A DNA stretch of 64,000 bases from the human T2T-CHM13v2.0 reference genome, Homo sapiens, in assembly GCF_009914755.1 (NCBI RefSeq), contig NC_060937.1, one strand, 5' to 3'. The notes beneath the pieces are model-generated. The model made no database searches, was not told the DNA's origin, and saw nothing but the letters and a program-made list of their open reading frames with translations. Below, in pieces: positions 1 to 16,219 of this stretch (positions within the stretch are counted from its first letter, which is position 1; each line of letters starts with the position of its first letter). The position numbers and the translations under genes were made by a program.

Positions 1-284
<284 letters not shown>

Positions 285-622
285 TAACTCTAAATACTGT
301 GAGGAGCATAAAATTCTGAGGCATATAAATAAATGAACAAAGATAAAATATGGCAATGTTGCAAAGATGATGCAGGCCTGAGGAGATGTTTTCAGAAATG
401 ATTAGGATACAAGTATCAGTGGCCATTATAAGAATGAATTTTTATTGAATGAATAAATGTATATATCCAGGTCCCTGGAGAAATACCCTCTGCTCATTAC
501 TTTACAAATTTTATCAAATGAGAAGTAAGATAATATACATAAACTGTTTCAGTTACTTGTATTTACTTTACACTTTTTCTGTTTCAGTTTTACTGTGCCA
601 AGGAAATGCATTTGGGTTTTGT

Positions 623-939
<317 letters not shown>

Positions 940-2699
940 ACATATGGGGATTTTGTTTTAAAAGTTCTGTTTCCTGGATCTACCAAGCTCATGAGAAAAT
1001 AGAAGCAAACAAGTCATCTGCATAAGTAACAAACTTTGGATTTATAGCTTGTCATCACTACTCTAGAAGATTATCATCATGTTTTATAAAACAAAATGTT
1101 AATTCTAGACATAAGGGGAAAAAGAAATTAAAACTATAGGGGTGGGGGAAAATATTGCATAATTTATTACTGTTGACCTGATCATATGACTGATTAAGGG
1201 CACTGAATTTAACTTGTATGTGAAGTAGACCCCACATTAGCTGCAGTTAATCAGTAGACCAGGTGTTCTAGCAGAATTAAATTTGATGCTCCTGTGTTAT
1301 CTTTAAATGACACAGCTCTTCTGAAAACCGTACTCCTAGTGTATGATTATCCATTAAGACAAGGTGATGGAATGTGTGAATACAGCTGAGGAGACACCAC
1401 AAGGCAAATGCTCAATGGTTCCCATTAATATTGGGAAAATCAACACTATAAAACAGAAAGCCATAGGCATTATTTAATATTTGGTTTGGGAAGGTATTTT
1501 TAGTGACACTGCATACAGTTGTACTGAATAATTGCAAAATTAGAGATATAAAAATAAAACAAAGGCACATTGTGTTTGAGTAGGGAATCTGTAGATGTCT
1601 AGCTGGTTTTCCCATCCAGTCCCAAAATTCTAAATATAATCATGGTACCCACACTCAAATTTATGTTAAATAACAACCTCAATGAAATCACTCTTTCTCC
1701 TCATTCTCTTTATTTATATGTTGCTTTCCTTAAGGGAAGAATACAAATGCCTTGCTAAGAACCATTCTGTTTGGTTGTAGCCTGCATAAGGGGAGTAAAC
1801 ACAAAGTACCTTTGATCACAAAATGACTTTTTAAAAGTCAGAACTATGGTAGCATGAAGCCAACCGAGGTAATCTAGAATAAAATTTTCTATGCTTCTTT
1901 CCCTTCTTTGCTCTCTTTCTACTCTAATAACTGCGATTCATGCAGGCAATGAAGAGTATAATTCCCTGATAGAAACACAGCTCCAAAATTAATCCTTTCT
2001 TTAACTATGAAGTTCGCGTGTCCAAAGTCTGTAGTTGCTGTCTGATTTTTGATCACGGATGGCGATACAGATATTTATCGTCAACTCACAACTTCCCAAA
2101 TCTTTGAAAAGTCTTACTATTGATGGTTCAACTAGTAGAAACATAATCTAAAATATCTGAAAATAAAGTTTTTATTTATTAGAATGTAAATAGTAATACA
2201 AATTGTAATAAGTTGTAAAAGTTCTTTCTTCACTGAAGCAGTACCATGTTGTCTTCTACCCCACAAACACACCACTCCCTCATGGTCTAACATATTTTAA
2301 AAGTCCTGTAATTGCTATTAACTCAGACAAGTTTACTTAACTTGTTCTAAGCTTCTGTTATTTACTACAATTTACTTTCAATCACTCAACGATCTCTATT
2401 ATATATGTTGTTTTCAATGAGAAATTTGTTTATTAGTAATTAAGATTCTTTAGGGATAAGAAAATATTTGAATAACTAAGTTTGTGCATAAACACATAAA
2501 GGTCAAATACCCATGACATTATTGTGTATTTCTATGTACTAGAGACAAAAACTTCAAAAAAAATTTTAATGAATATACATTAAATTAAAAACTGCTTTCA
2601 TTAAACTGATATAATCTTCCCTCAATGCATGAAAGCCTTCAGAATTCACATAAACCAAAGAATTGTATAAAATATAATAGCCTTAAAAATCTTATTTGT

Positions 2700-3005
2700 A
2701 GCTGGCACAGTGGCTCCCGCCTGTAATCCCAGCACATTGGCAAGCCGAGGTGGGCAGATCACCTGAGGTCAGGAGTTTGAGAGCAGCCTGGCCAACATGG
2801 TGAAACCCCATCTCTACTAAAAATAGAAAAATTAGCAGGGTATGGTAGCACGTGCAAGTAGTATCGGCTATTCAAGGGGCTGAGGCAGGAGAATTGCTTG
2901 AACCTGAGAGGCAGAGGTGGTAATGAGCCAAGACTGAGCCACTGCACTCCAGCCTTGGTGACAGAGCAAGACTCTGTCTCAAAAACACAAACGAACAAAC
3001 AAAAA
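2700..3005 (+). mobile_element. Alu
   Basis: Full dimeric Alu with A tail. Confidence 0.9.
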
Positions 3006-4503
3006 ACATAATTGTTCCCATATAAGTCTATGTTCACAAAAGATCTGAAGAGTACACACCACCGTGAGACAGGACAGACATATATTTTAAAAGTTATATT
3101 CCTGGTTTCTGTAAAAATAAAACGGTTGAATTTAAGCTTTTAAGACAAGTCAAGGAAAAGAGCAAAAAATGCAAAAGTGAAACTTGAAAGGTCATTTCCC
3201 CATCAAGGGCTCATGATCACTGGACATTCACAAACTATATTGTTCAAAACATTAGTTCTGAATTTTGATCCGAGTATCCCTGGAGTTTCAGTTTCATTCA
3301 AGGATGTCCAAGAGGTCAAATAAGACAATATCATTTGCTATTTTCAGTTTTCTTTTCTGAGAATAGCACAGCAAACTTCTTCAGAGAAATGAATTGTCCT
3401 AACTTCATAGGCTAAAGGCTCATGAGTCACAGTTCTAAGGACATTTATAAAATATGGTGGTGCATGCTTGTATTCTGAACTTTTCAACTTTAAACTCTCA
3501 TGTAGTAAATATTAATTTATACAAACTGACTAAAGAAAAGCCCTCTTAATCTGACATTATTTTTATTTTTCTTTCTTTCTTCATTTATCAGCAACAGGAG
3601 AGTCTAACTAAATGTGGTAAAGTGGTATAAGGGAATACAATGAAAAGTATAAAATGAATTAAACCAGAGATAATCATATCAATGTGGATACATCTGGAAA
3701 ACATAATACAAAATACACCAAAGAAAGTGGCAGAAAGGTATGTAAAGTGTATAACCACTCACATACCATTTTGGGACACAAATAAAAAATTCTGCATATT
3801 ATTTCTGAGCATCACAATATAGTTAAAGATTTCAAAAGGGCATTGAAATGAAAAACAACCAACTTATGATGTTGGTAGCCGCTATGCAATCACGTTTTAA
3901 AAACCTTAACACCAAAAAGGCTCAAAATCACCGTTTTAAAAGACTGTGTCTACCAGTTATAAATGAATAATTACTTTCCTCATTTTTAGTAGTCAAAGAT
4001 GCCACAAACACACACATACACACACCTATACATCCACATCCACACACAGTCTTGCTCACTAGAACATCTGATTGGCTTCAGATCATCAGTGTAATAACAC
4101 TAGCAGCAAGCCTCTAAAGTTAAAACAGAAACTGACACGTTAATAAGAAAAGCTTTCCTCTACGTAAAGATCAGAGCGCCAACTAGCACATAAATCAATG
4201 GAAATATCTTAGAGTCTCAAAATTCAGTGCTTTTAATCCCTGACAAGTATAAAAATTTTATACTGAAAACTTCATGCTATTCAAAACATTAAAAGAGAAA
4301 CATCTGAGTTAAAGCTTACATTTTTAAAATCTTTTTTATGCTTCTAAATTTATTGTTATTCAAATATGGATACCAACAATAACATTTACGTCAATGCCTT
4401 CCATTCAGTTTTGAACAAACAGAATTAGGGGTAAGAATAATGTGAGTACTTCCAATCATTGAATGTACTTATTTCCGGCATTCCATTTGTATTGAATATG
4501 TAC

Positions 4504-4576
4504 CTGCTCTCAATGTCTGTACATTCTTTCTTTGTACTGCTCCTTTCACAGCAGGATCTTCCATTTCAGTGCTAGG
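4504..4576 (-). pseudogene. ANKRD20A: ANKRD20A exon remnant, 73 bp
   Basis: ttcag|CCTAGCACT...AGAGCAG|gtacat; PSTEMEDPAVKGAVQRKNVQTLRA. Confidence 0.9.
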
Positions 4577-4668
4577 CTGAATGGGTTTTAAAAGAAAATG
4601 ATTCATAAATCATATATATTTTATACAATGTGGAGTTAGTGATTCAAAAAATATACATAATTAATTAC

Positions 4669-4697
4669 CTTCAAGGAAGGATGTTTTGCAGGAGGCC
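4669..4697 (-). pseudogene. ANKRD20A: ANKRD20A exon remnant, 29 bp
   Basis: gtag|GGCCTCCTGCAAAACATCCTTCCTTGAAG|gtaatt; GPPAKHPSLK. Confidence 0.9.
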
Positions 4698-6224
4698 CTA
4701 CAAAGCAAAAGGGATATGTCATCAATTATATGTAAGTATGACAGGGCCAACCATTCATGCAGTGTTACTATCGAGCTGAATTCTCATGCCTGGCTATGAA
4801 AATAATTACTTAAGGTTTTGAGGGTTCTTCTTGGCTTCTTCTTTTCATTGCCTAGGACAGCAACATGACAGAAACCTAATGAGGAAAATAGGAATACAGG
4901 ATTCCTAAAATGCACAGCTTACATTTCAGTAGTGAGATTATGTTTCAAATGTCTATACCTAAAATAGAAAAGCATGGATATCACTGTGAACACGTGGGCT
5001 GATGAGGAGAAAAGGGACCACTAAACAGAGGAGCAAATCAAACCTGAGGGAATCGATGTCAAAGCTGATGGTGAATGTACAGAGTATTTTAACTCAACAC
5101 ATCAGAGGCATTGCTGCCAGCACACCACAGATAAATTCCCCTTGTCCTGTCGCTGAGGAAATACACAGTTGGGATGACAGTTCAGGTGAATGTGTGATTC
5201 ACCTCTCATCAAAGAAAGTGTTCTACATTGATCAGCTAGGACGCACACTTATGAAATAACAGCTAATCAAAATACTCATTTTTCCCATGATCACATGGGC
5301 TACTGCAGCACCTACATTTCTCCTATCCCCTCATTTGGCCTTGAGTTAGAGCTCCTTGATCCACTTGTGCGAGGTGGTCCATAAAACACATCAAATAAAC
5401 CATGTCGAATAAGCTTCCAATATCAAAATATTTATCAAAAAAGAAAACACTGAATTACCACAGACTTGCTGGATACGAATACACATTTATATTTCAAAAT
5501 CAGTGCAGTACTTATTGAAAATGAGTATTTTGGTATTCACAGAATGAATTTTATAATACAATTGCTTCTAAAATTAACTAAGTTTGGTATATCATCTTAC
5601 ACTGTAAAGGACTTTTATAAAGCAGCTATCATATCAAAGAACTGGCTGTCTCAAAAAAAATTAGCCAAAGCATCTATATGCAACTTAATCACATCTTATT
5701 CACTCATGTCAATGAAACTTCTCTCTCTGAGGCCTGACAATTATGAAGTGAAATGAGCTGCTGTGGTTTACCCCAATTCTAGCACTCCCTCCTGCCTCCA
5801 GTACTCTCCACAGCAATAACCTCTTTTGTGAGACTGGGCATATGCTGAAGCAACTGGAAGTGAGTTGTCTCAAGTTTACTTGGCTTTAACTCCCAAGACC
5901 CCAGCAAATGTCTTTCTTTCCTCCCTCTGTGTCCTTTCACAATCCCTCTTCCTTTGAAAAAGTGATTTTTAGATCTGTCATCCTGATGCTTCCCTTCCTA
6001 ACTGCTTTTTATGGATAATTGTGACCACTTTTTTCATCTGTATTCAGCAGTAGTATACACCTGTAATCTCTCTTTTTTCATCTCATTTTCCTTCCCCTGT
6101 GGCTAGAATCGTGCTCAGAAATAAAAGGAAATTAATGCTTTCCCTGGATTCTGCTATTATTCAAATTGCTCTCCAGTGGTTCTTTTTCCAGATTTCTCTA
6201 AAGGAAGGCTATTCCCTTGCTATT

Positions 6225-6345
6225 CAGAGCTGTGTCCAAGGACCAGCAACAACATCACCTGAGTACTCATGAGAAATGCAGACTCCTATACCTGCTAAAT
6301 CAGAATGTGCAGTTTCCAGAAGTTCCTCAACTAATTCATGACTAT
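6225..6345. mobile_element. MER5-like hAT MITE fragment
   Basis: GGACCAGCA..CATCACCTGAG..GAGAAATGCAGA..ACCTGCTAAATCAGAA motif. Confidence 0.5.
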
Positions 6346-7136
6346 CTGAATGCCCTGTTTTACACTTTATGTGCTTCCATATTAGTTTACCCTAATTGCC
6401 CTTTTTGGCCTAGACTCAATTTCTTCCCTATTATGTCTCTGAATTTAATACTACATTATAAGCCATAATGTTTCTAATGAACTTTTAATCAGGTAATACC
6501 TTCTCTAATTAATTTCTTCTCCATACATCACCCAACACTATTATTTTCAATTATGTTAATTTGGCCTATATGATACTATCCTATGAGGTTACAACATTTT
6601 CTTTAAAACCAAATTATAGCCATACATGGCTGACCATTTATGGTGATGTTCATCTATGGTAGATAAAACACAGGTCTGTGTGGTAAAATACCTCAATCCT
6701 TAATGCCTCCCCAGTAGTGAGGATGACAGCAAGAGTAGGAAAATGTTACTCTAATTCTCTGACATATGTTGGTACGGGAAGCTCACTTTATCTTCCTTCC
6801 TATTCCTAACACCCTGTTCTTCCTTCTTCTACAGATCAATTAGACTTTACTACCCTCTATTACATACATCCGCATATGTGTTTTTATTTATTCCATGTAT
6901 ACTCTGCCCTCCTCATCTTTCTTTCTCTTTTATTCATTTCCTCTTCCCTCTCTCCTGACTTGCCTCAGGTCTTAGAGTATCTTAAAATGGAACCCACAAC
7001 TCAGCTCCTTTAGTGGTACTCCCAATAGAATCAACTGCTGACCCTTGGTTAGAGACACAACTTATCACCATTTCACTTCTCCTTTACTTATTATACAGTT
7101 AATAGGACATTTTCTTTAGCTATTAGACTCTATTAG

Positions 7137-7470
<334 letters not shown>

Positions 7471-7508
7471 TCCAACAAATGACTTTTTAAATAAAATACA
7501 GTTCTCAC

Positions 7509-7594
7509 CTTCTCCTTTTCCATTGACTATTCTGTTTTCCTTTTCCATGGGAAGGTCCACATAAAGGCTCTGACACTTTCTCGGGGACACACTG
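7509..7594 (-). pseudogene. ANKRD20A: ANKRD20A exon remnant, 86 bp, with apparent +1 frameshift
   Basis: ttag|CAGTGTGTCCCC...GGAGAAG|gtgaga; QCVPEKVSEPLCGPSHGKG, then NRIVNGKGEG lies in another frame. Confidence 0.9.
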
Positions 7595-7665
7595 CTAAGG
7601 TAATATCAAGAATTAGTTTCCATTTTAAAATTATGAGTTGCATCAAGAGCTTCTTATCAATCTCT

Positions 7666-7960
7666 TTTTATGAAACTGGGTCTCACTCTGTCAACCAAGG
7701 GCTAGAATGCAGGGGCCTGATTATGGCTCACTGTGGTCTCAAACTCCTGACCTCAAGCAATCTTCCCACCTCAACTTCCTGAATAGCTGGAACTACAGGT
7801 GCATACCATCATGCCATGCTAATGTTTCTATTGTTATCTTTGTAGAAATAAGGCCTCATTATACTGCCCAGGCTGGTCTCAAACTCCTAGGCTCGAGTAA
7901 ATCTTCGACTTCTGCCTCCCAAAGTGTTGAGATAAGCAGTGTGCACCACCACACCCAGCC
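7666..7960 (-). mobile_element. Alu (old, AluJ-like)
   Basis: Diverged dimeric Alu. Confidence 0.85.
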
Positions 7961-7976
7961 CTAATCAATTTCTTTA

Positions 7977-8285
<309 letters not shown>

Positions 8286-8661
8286 ATCAATTTAAAATGT
8301 AAGAATGAAGAGAGATACAAACAAAAAAGAAGCCTAATTGGTCAATGAAATATGAGCTTAAGCCAAGAAAGAAAAGAAACAACATGAAGTACAATAAAGT
8401 ACATGGGGAAATAGATCTATAACAGAGCCTTTTGGTCTTTCATATCCCTGATAATACTAATTAATATTTATGCTACAATTAGTTTTTTGTAAGTACTTCT
8501 GTGATAGAGTTTATTACTATAAGACATTCAATTAGCTAAATATGGTCATCTACCACTACCTGAAAGAACATTATTATAACAGAGAGAGAAAACTGGAACT
8601 TTCCATCAACGTTCCACCCAGAAAAAGAATTGGTCACCAGAATTCTAGAGTAATGTATGGC

Positions 8662-9437
8662 AGACACATGAAAAAATGCTCATCATCACTGGCCATCAGA
8701 GAAATGCAAATCAAAACCACAATGAGATACCATCTCACACCAGTTAGAATGGCGATCATTAAAAAGTCAGGAAACAACAGGTGCTGGAGAGGATGTGGAG
8801 AAATAGGAACACTTTTACACTGTTGGTAGGACTGTAAACTAGTTCAACCATTGTGGAAGACAGTGTGGTGATTCCTCAAGGATCTAGAACTAGAAATGCC
8901 ATTTGACCCAGTCATCCCATTATTGGGTATATACCCAAAGGACTATAAATCATGCTGCTATAAAGACACATGCACACGTATGTTTATTGCAGCACTATTC
9001 ACAATAGCAAAGACTTGGAACCAACCCAAATGTCCAACAATGATAGACTGGATTAAGAAAATGTGGCACATATACATCGTGGAATACTATGCAGCCATAA
9101 AAAAGGATGAGTTCATGTCCTTTGTAGGGACATGGATGAAGCTGGAAACCATCATTCTGAGCAAACTGTCACAAGGACAGAAAACCAAACACCACGTGTT
9201 CTCACTCATAGGTGGGAAATGAACAATGAGAACACTTAGACACAGGAAGGGGAACATCACACACCAGGGCCTGTTGTGGGGTGGGGGGAGGGGGAAGGGA
9301 TAGCATTAGGAGATATGTCTAATGTAAATGACGAGTTAATGGGTGCAGCACACCAACATGGCACATGTATACATATGTAACAAACCTGCACGTTGTGCAC
9401 ATGTACCCGAGAACTTAAAATATAATAATAATAATAA
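8662..9437 (+). mobile_element. 5'-truncated primate L1PA (ORF2 C-terminus, 3'UTR, A-rich tail)
   Basis: [54 protein letters not shown] (premature TAG), G-rich 3'UTR, TSD AG(A/G)GTAATGTATGGC at 8647-8661 and 9438-9452. Confidence 0.95.
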
Positions 9438-9804
9438 AGGGTAATGTATGGCTTGAAAAGGTATATTTAATAGAACCTGAGTTGGGACTAATAAAAAGCT
9501 TAAGAAATGTTAATCTAAAATCTCAATGTTAAGATTCCAGTTCAATGATACTAGAAAATATATTGTAACCCTCTTTGCTACTGATGACCTATTTCTAATT
9601 TATTTCCTTTTTAATTATGGCATAATTTCTCAACATAACACATCAAAACTTATACTCCCTTAAATATTAAAAAATAATACAAATGTAAGCAATATTTTAA
9701 ATACAATATTTAATTGTTAGATACATTAGGTATATTATATTACTTATAACATTCCATTATATAAAAATTCATTTGTCTATTTATTCAGATTAAACAACTA
9801 TTAA

Positions 9805-10100
9805 GGCTGAATGTCTCATGCCTGTAACCCCAGCACTTTGAGAGGCTGAGGCGGGCAGAACACTTGAGCCCAACAGTTAAAGACCAGCCTGGGCAACAAG
9901 GCAAAACCCTGTCTCTACAAAACTCGGCCGAGCATGGTGACACAGGTCTATGGTGACATAGCTCTACTGTTTCAACTACTTGGATGGCTGAAGTGTGAGG
10001 ATCTCCTGAGCCCAGGAAATGGAGATTGGAGTGAGCCAAGATCTCACCAGTGCCCTCCAGCCTGGGTGACAGAGTGAAACCCCATCTCAAAAAACAACAA
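9805..10100 (+). mobile_element. Alu (AluJ-like)
   Basis: Diverged dimeric Alu. Confidence 0.85.
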
Positions 10101-10205
10101 GTAAAATGCTTCTTACATGGAAGACTATATTCTAGGTACTCCAGGATACACACAAATATGTTTACTGACCTCCAGTAGCCTATAGTATGCAGGAGCTTCC
10201 AATGA

Positions 10206-10585
<380 letters not shown>

Positions 10586-11535
10586 AACTAAATATTTTAA
10601 ATAAACTACAATGACAAAATTATGATGATAAAGTCTTACCATATTGGTATTAAGAGTCTCTGCTTCTAGAACTGGTTATTTGCAGCAAAATACATGTTAT
10701 TCAATTAGATGAAGTGTTTTATATAAACTCTTCATGGACAACTCATAAAACACACAAAAATCCCTTCGCAATACAAATTTTGAGAACATAAATTTAAATT
10801 TCTATGTTTCCACAATTTATATTTTTAAATCAGATACAGTCTTGTTATGTTGCCCAGGCTGTTCTCAAACTCCTGGGCTCAAGCAATCTTCCTGCATCAA
10901 ACTCCCAAGTAGCAGGGACTACAGGTGTACACCACCACACTCAGCTATTTTTCTACAATTTTTAATATTATTTTAGTCTCACTATAGAACCAATAATATA
11001 AGTAGAGAAACAATCTCTCCTAAAAACTATATGATACCAAAATAATAAGTTTCCAAGAAGAAAAGCTATATGCTATGTGCTGAACCTTTTTGCAACTAAA
11101 AGTTACCAGGAGGATTCCATGATTACTGCAAATAATTTGATCCACTGAAGAGTTATACAGGCATAAATATTATGAAAGTCACACTCACAGGATTTAAAAC
11201 TCAAAGTATTAGTATTTATCCAAATAAAGCTTAATCAAATTTCATATTTCCTCTATTGGAGAAAGCATTTCCTAATGTGATTTTCCTGTCACTACTTATT
11301 TTCCAGTTCATTTTTTTTCAGCTCCTACCCTGTCACGGTACTTATCAATCTTTGTTAGTTACCAAAGTTAAACAAATTTTTTCAATCAACTAGCCATATA
11401 TATGTTTTTCTCTGACCCACTTTCCGTTACCACCATAAAACAATGACAGATAAACCACTGCTAAGTTTGAAAAGTAAATACTCTGCAAAACTACATTCAG
11501 AGTGAGAAAATTAATTTTACAAGAGACCAATTTAC

Positions 11536-11605
11536 CTTAGCAGCAACACTCAAGACTTCGTCATCTAATGCAGGCAATGAATCCACACACAGTTCATGGA
11601 AAATG
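11536..11605 (-). pseudogene. ANKRD20A: ANKRD20A exon remnant, 70 bp
   Basis: ccaag|CATTTTCCATG...GCTAAG|gtaaa; IFHELCVDSLPALDDEVLSVAAK. Confidence 0.9.
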
Positions 11606-14245
11606 CTTGGGAGCAAAAATACACAATGAAAATGAGCAAGTTGATTTCTTTACAATTTTTTAACTGCCAGTTTATATCCAGCTTCCCCCTCAAAAAAGGA
11701 AAGAATAATCTGGGGAAAGGTCAGTGATCTATATATTAAATTATGATTCTTGATATAATTAAAATAGGTCCTCTGTTCTAAAAATAGATTTTAGTTACCT
11801 ATTTCTGCCTCCACCTGTCTAAATCTATAAAATGTTCAATGAAAACTAACCTTCAGCTTCATAACAAATAGTGACAGTCAATATATTGGCAGAGCCTGAC
11901 AATAATTTGCCCTCACAAATTATCTGTCCTGAAGCTGAACTTAAAACTCAATTAATGGATGACATAAATTTTGTTACCTAAACTGGAAGAAAACTGATGA
12001 CCTAAAACAAGGTAGAAAGATCCACTGTCTCTTTTCCATAATCTATCTCTGGTTAAAAGACTAATCTGCATCACTTCAAATTGGCAGTCTTGATTCCTCA
12101 ACATGGAACCCACTTAGGAATGTCCTATTGCTTTCCTTTGCCCTAAATCGGTACAGGAAATCCCATGCAATATTTGAAAGGTATGAAAGCTACATGTACA
12201 AAAATCAAATAACAAAAGTGTATGTTCTTATTGAGAATACTTTTCCCAGAAAGATTAAAATATTAGCAATTATAAAATCCCATTATTTTCACTCTATAGG
12301 TCCTACTTTATTCAGGTCCACATAAACTAGCAAGCCCTTAAAAATTTTCATAGGCACTCAGACACCCAAGGAGAGAGACTGCCAGAAAAACAGAGTCCTG
12401 GTAGTTGTACCTCTATTTCCCTAAGTACTATCTAAGTATCTGTCTTCCTATGGGCTCCCACTTCCAGATTCCACTTCTGCAGGGCTCCACAGAAGTCTCC
12501 AATCTTCAAATCTTCAGCCTATGAAAGCACAGATTCCTGAAAGGATGGCCTCAAATGACCAGGAGTAGGAGCCCTCTATATCCCTGCTCCTGAAAAACAA
12601 GCTAACTGGAGTCTCCATCACCTGCACCCAGCATAGACACACTACCAACTACCCAACTGAACTCCATGACTGATTTGCCAGCCAATCATGCCCCTGACCC
12701 AGCCTACATGGACATGGGAAGGACATCAGTGAATCGGGAACAGAGGCAGAGGTGAAGAGGCCACCTGTCCTGGGCCACACATCTATGTAGTCCAGCAATC
12801 TCCAGCCCCTTCGTACTCCAGGGGCTCTAAGCCACCCCTCTGAAAGTCAGGACGGAAGTAGATGACACTACATTTCTATCTGCTGTAGACACTCCTCCCA
12901 GTGTCTCAAAATGTTTTAGCATCTTTCAGTAAAATTCTTCAAGTTTGTCAGTCCTTGATTTAAACAAAAGGAGCGAACTTTTTAGAGCTCCCTTGAACTC
13001 TTTATCAAACTTCTCATAAACCCCAATATTTTGATCTCTTATTGAAGAGTCCATACTCCTATCCAATCCAGTGTTGTTTCTCTTCAAACTTGGCCTTCCC
13101 CTGCTCATTCCATTTTTATCTACTTCCATTGGGTTCACCAGCTAATTCCATTCTCATACTATCCACTGGGTGCACCAGACTCACTCCCATTTGTATTATT
13201 AAAGCACATGCAAATAGGATATAAAAAGAAGGAAGAGTACTGGGCCTCAAAATGAGTTCAAATCTCATTTCTGCCAATTCCTATGTCTAAAAAAAAAGCA
13301 TCCTAATCTCTTTGAGCCTCACATTCTCTGAGAATCACTTGACCAGAATGTTCAATACAGGTAAAAATACTAGAAAGTATTTTAATTAATTCTAAGATTC
13401 CTTAAAATTCTGTAATTCTATGTCCTCTTGATTCTGTCTATAGGAAAACTGGGAATACATACCCAGCAGAATTTTAAAAAATAATAGAACAAAAGAAACA
13501 GCAAGAAAAGCAGAGAAGAAAGTTCTAAAAAATCAAGACAAGATTATAGAAAAGTCATGGAAAAAGAAACAAGACTAACAAAAGTATTATGGAAGTAGCA
13601 GAAATACTTGCCTAAATGGAAAACCAAACTGGGAAGTCAAATGATTTCTCTCTAAGACTTGCCTAAACTTGCTTTTGTAAAACTTACAGTCCTATGGCCA
13701 AAGCTAAGTAAGATTTGCCCTAAAGCCTTTGATGGTAAAAATAAGATACTGGTTACCACTGAAATTGTCAAATTTATCTGGACAATCTCTTCCACTAACC
13801 ACATTCTAACAATAACCTTAAATGAGAGTTTAAGGTATTTAAGGTATTTAAACTCTCATTAATTTAGACATTAATTAAATTAATGAATCTGATTAATCTG
13901 ATTCAGACCTATACCTTGATCCAAGTGCTGCATGGATGTCTATCAATCTATGCTGAGGAGCAAGAGAAGGGATTTGGAAGCCAGGCAGGCTGACGGTCCA
14001 ACTGTAGGCCAGCTACTTTGTTAACTATGAGATTATAAGGCAATTAATCAACTGCTCTAATCCATAGTTGTTTATTTAATAAACAGTAGGTTATAGGAAC
14101 ACAGATGTTGTGATGGCTTTATGAGATGATAAATGCATAGAACATATTAGGATGTCTAGCCCAGAATATAACACTCAACAGATACTAGTTTCTTCCATCT
14201 ATGTTTTCTTAGTTAACATAATTCTTTAAATCTATAAAATCCTAC

Positions 14246-14276
14246 CTGACTGCAGATTCATCAGAACTTCCAACAT
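14246..14276 (-). pseudogene. ANKRD20A: ANKRD20A exon remnant, 31 bp
   Basis: atag|ATGTTGGAAGTTCTGATGAATCTGCAGTCAG|gtagg; (D)VGSSDESAVS. Confidence 0.9.
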
Positions 14277-14866
14277 CTATTAAAGAAAAAGGTAGAATGC
14301 ATTTTAAATCAATAATAAATGTACAGAATATTAAAAGCATAAGAATGCACAGTGATGCATGCCTGCAATCCAAACTACTCGGGAGGATGAGGCAGGAGGA
14401 TCACTTGAGGAATCTAGAAGTTTGAGAACAGCTTGGGAAACATAGTAAGACACTACCTTCATAAAAAAAGTTGTGCACACTTGTGTGTATGCTTTAGATC
14501 CTGTTTTTGTTGTTGTTGGTGGTGGTGGTTTTGTTTTGGTTTGTTTTTTAAAAGCATAAGACTGATGCTTTGTTACAAAGAATTCCTTTGGGAGCATGCC
14601 TGGGACCTTATTAGAATTAACATTAATTGTACCTATTGGTAGGTAATTAATGCAGTAAGAACTCTTCCCTTTGTATTTATTAGATGTAAAGAAGAATAAA
14701 TTTATTAAAATTTGGTATCTACAAGTGAACTGCAGTATACAAGTCATCCTAGCCAAACCCTATGAGATTGAGTAAAAATGGTATTGTTAGCAGAACAGGT
14801 GTGATGAGTCAACAGTGTCAAAGAGCATGATTTCTGGACCAAAATATGAGGAGCAGTTAGAGGATA

Positions 14867-15203
14867 CAGTAGTACCCCTTATCCACTGTATGTGCGGAAA
14901 GACATACTTGACATGTTTTTCTCTGCTCTCACGCCACAGCAACAATCATCAACAAAGAAGGCTTCTGTGACCAAATGTGTGGAGAGTTTTTCCCCACCAA
15001 AAAGCAAGCAATCATTCCTGCTGATGGCACGATTCAATTCTCACACCCTATCTTCAGATTACATCAGATTTAATTTATAAATTAAACTTTATCATAGATA
15101 TGTATGTATAGAAAAAACAGTTTGTGATTCAGTACTATTCATGGTTTCTTGCATCCACTGGGGGTCTTGGAATGTATCTCCCACAATTAAGGGGGAACTA
15201 CTG
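14867..15203. mobile_element. MER2-like Tigger MITE with an internal MER21-like LTR fragment
   Basis: Ends CAGTAGTACCCCTTATCCAC / AAGGGGGAACTACTG; internal CTTCTGTGACCAAATGTGTGG motif typical of MER21. Confidence 0.55.
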
Positions 15204-16219
15204 CACTTATTTTGTTATAACACAACACAGCCTCTCTAGCTCTTCAGTTCAAACTGTTCAGTTTAGGATAAAACACCCTATCACCAGAAGCCAGCAAAAC
15301 ATAGTAATCAGACCAGAAACAGGAATCCTTGCAAAAACTTTGCAGCTGCCAGTGGAGAAGAGCTCGAGAGAGACCACTGTGTTACTCTGGCTAATACTCT
15401 TCTGGGGAAGGTGCTGGGTGGTTTCCTTAGTTGTAGCTATTTGCTCTGCCCTACATATAACAAGGCCCATGTTCACCTGCCATTTTACCTCCCACAGAAA
15501 GAACCACTGGAAAGATCACTCCTTTAAGAGCTTATCCACATTCAGAGAGAAGCTTAAGAAACACTGGGGAGGTGTGGCAGGCTGCTGGGCAGTATTATCT
15601 GATGTGAAAAATATATAGAAAGAAAACTATCAATGCCCTTTTACTACCAGAATGTGCCAATGCTTGCTGTTCTCCCTAGTAGGAGAAAAAAATTCTTTTT
15701 CACCTCACATAAAGCAAAACTCCCTTGCCATCCCTCATAACAGAATCTAGTTGTAGGTGAGTCATGTCATCATAACACAGGCTGTTGTCAACCTCATCCC
15801 TCAAAGGAAGAGGATCAGTGAGGAACATATGTATTTACCTATAGCATTCACTGCCTGGTCTTATTTCCAACCGAAGGTAAGTATGAAAGACTTTGTGATT
15901 CCAGTTTTATAAAGTACAACCCCTTGCGCTTGCCCCCTTCCATTGCTAGACAGTGTATCTGGACCCACCTCACAGAGCAAGATGCTCCAGGTTGTGCTGT
16001 GTGGTACGGCGTGGTGTCCTTTTCCTCAACCCTTTCCATTATGTGCCAAATATCTATACAAATCATGTTTTCTAAGTATGTAAAGCATACCTCATCAGCA
16101 TATATCATTCTTTACAATGATAAAAAAGCAAAAGAAAAACAAAAGGACAAAGAACATCTTAAATGACTACCTTCAATTGCCATGGAGCTTTGATTTTTTT
16201 AACTATTCAAAAAGATATC

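Noticed and set aside
5002-5259. 85 aa ORF antisense within an ANKRD20A intron
   Set aside because: No homology recognised; length within chance expectation
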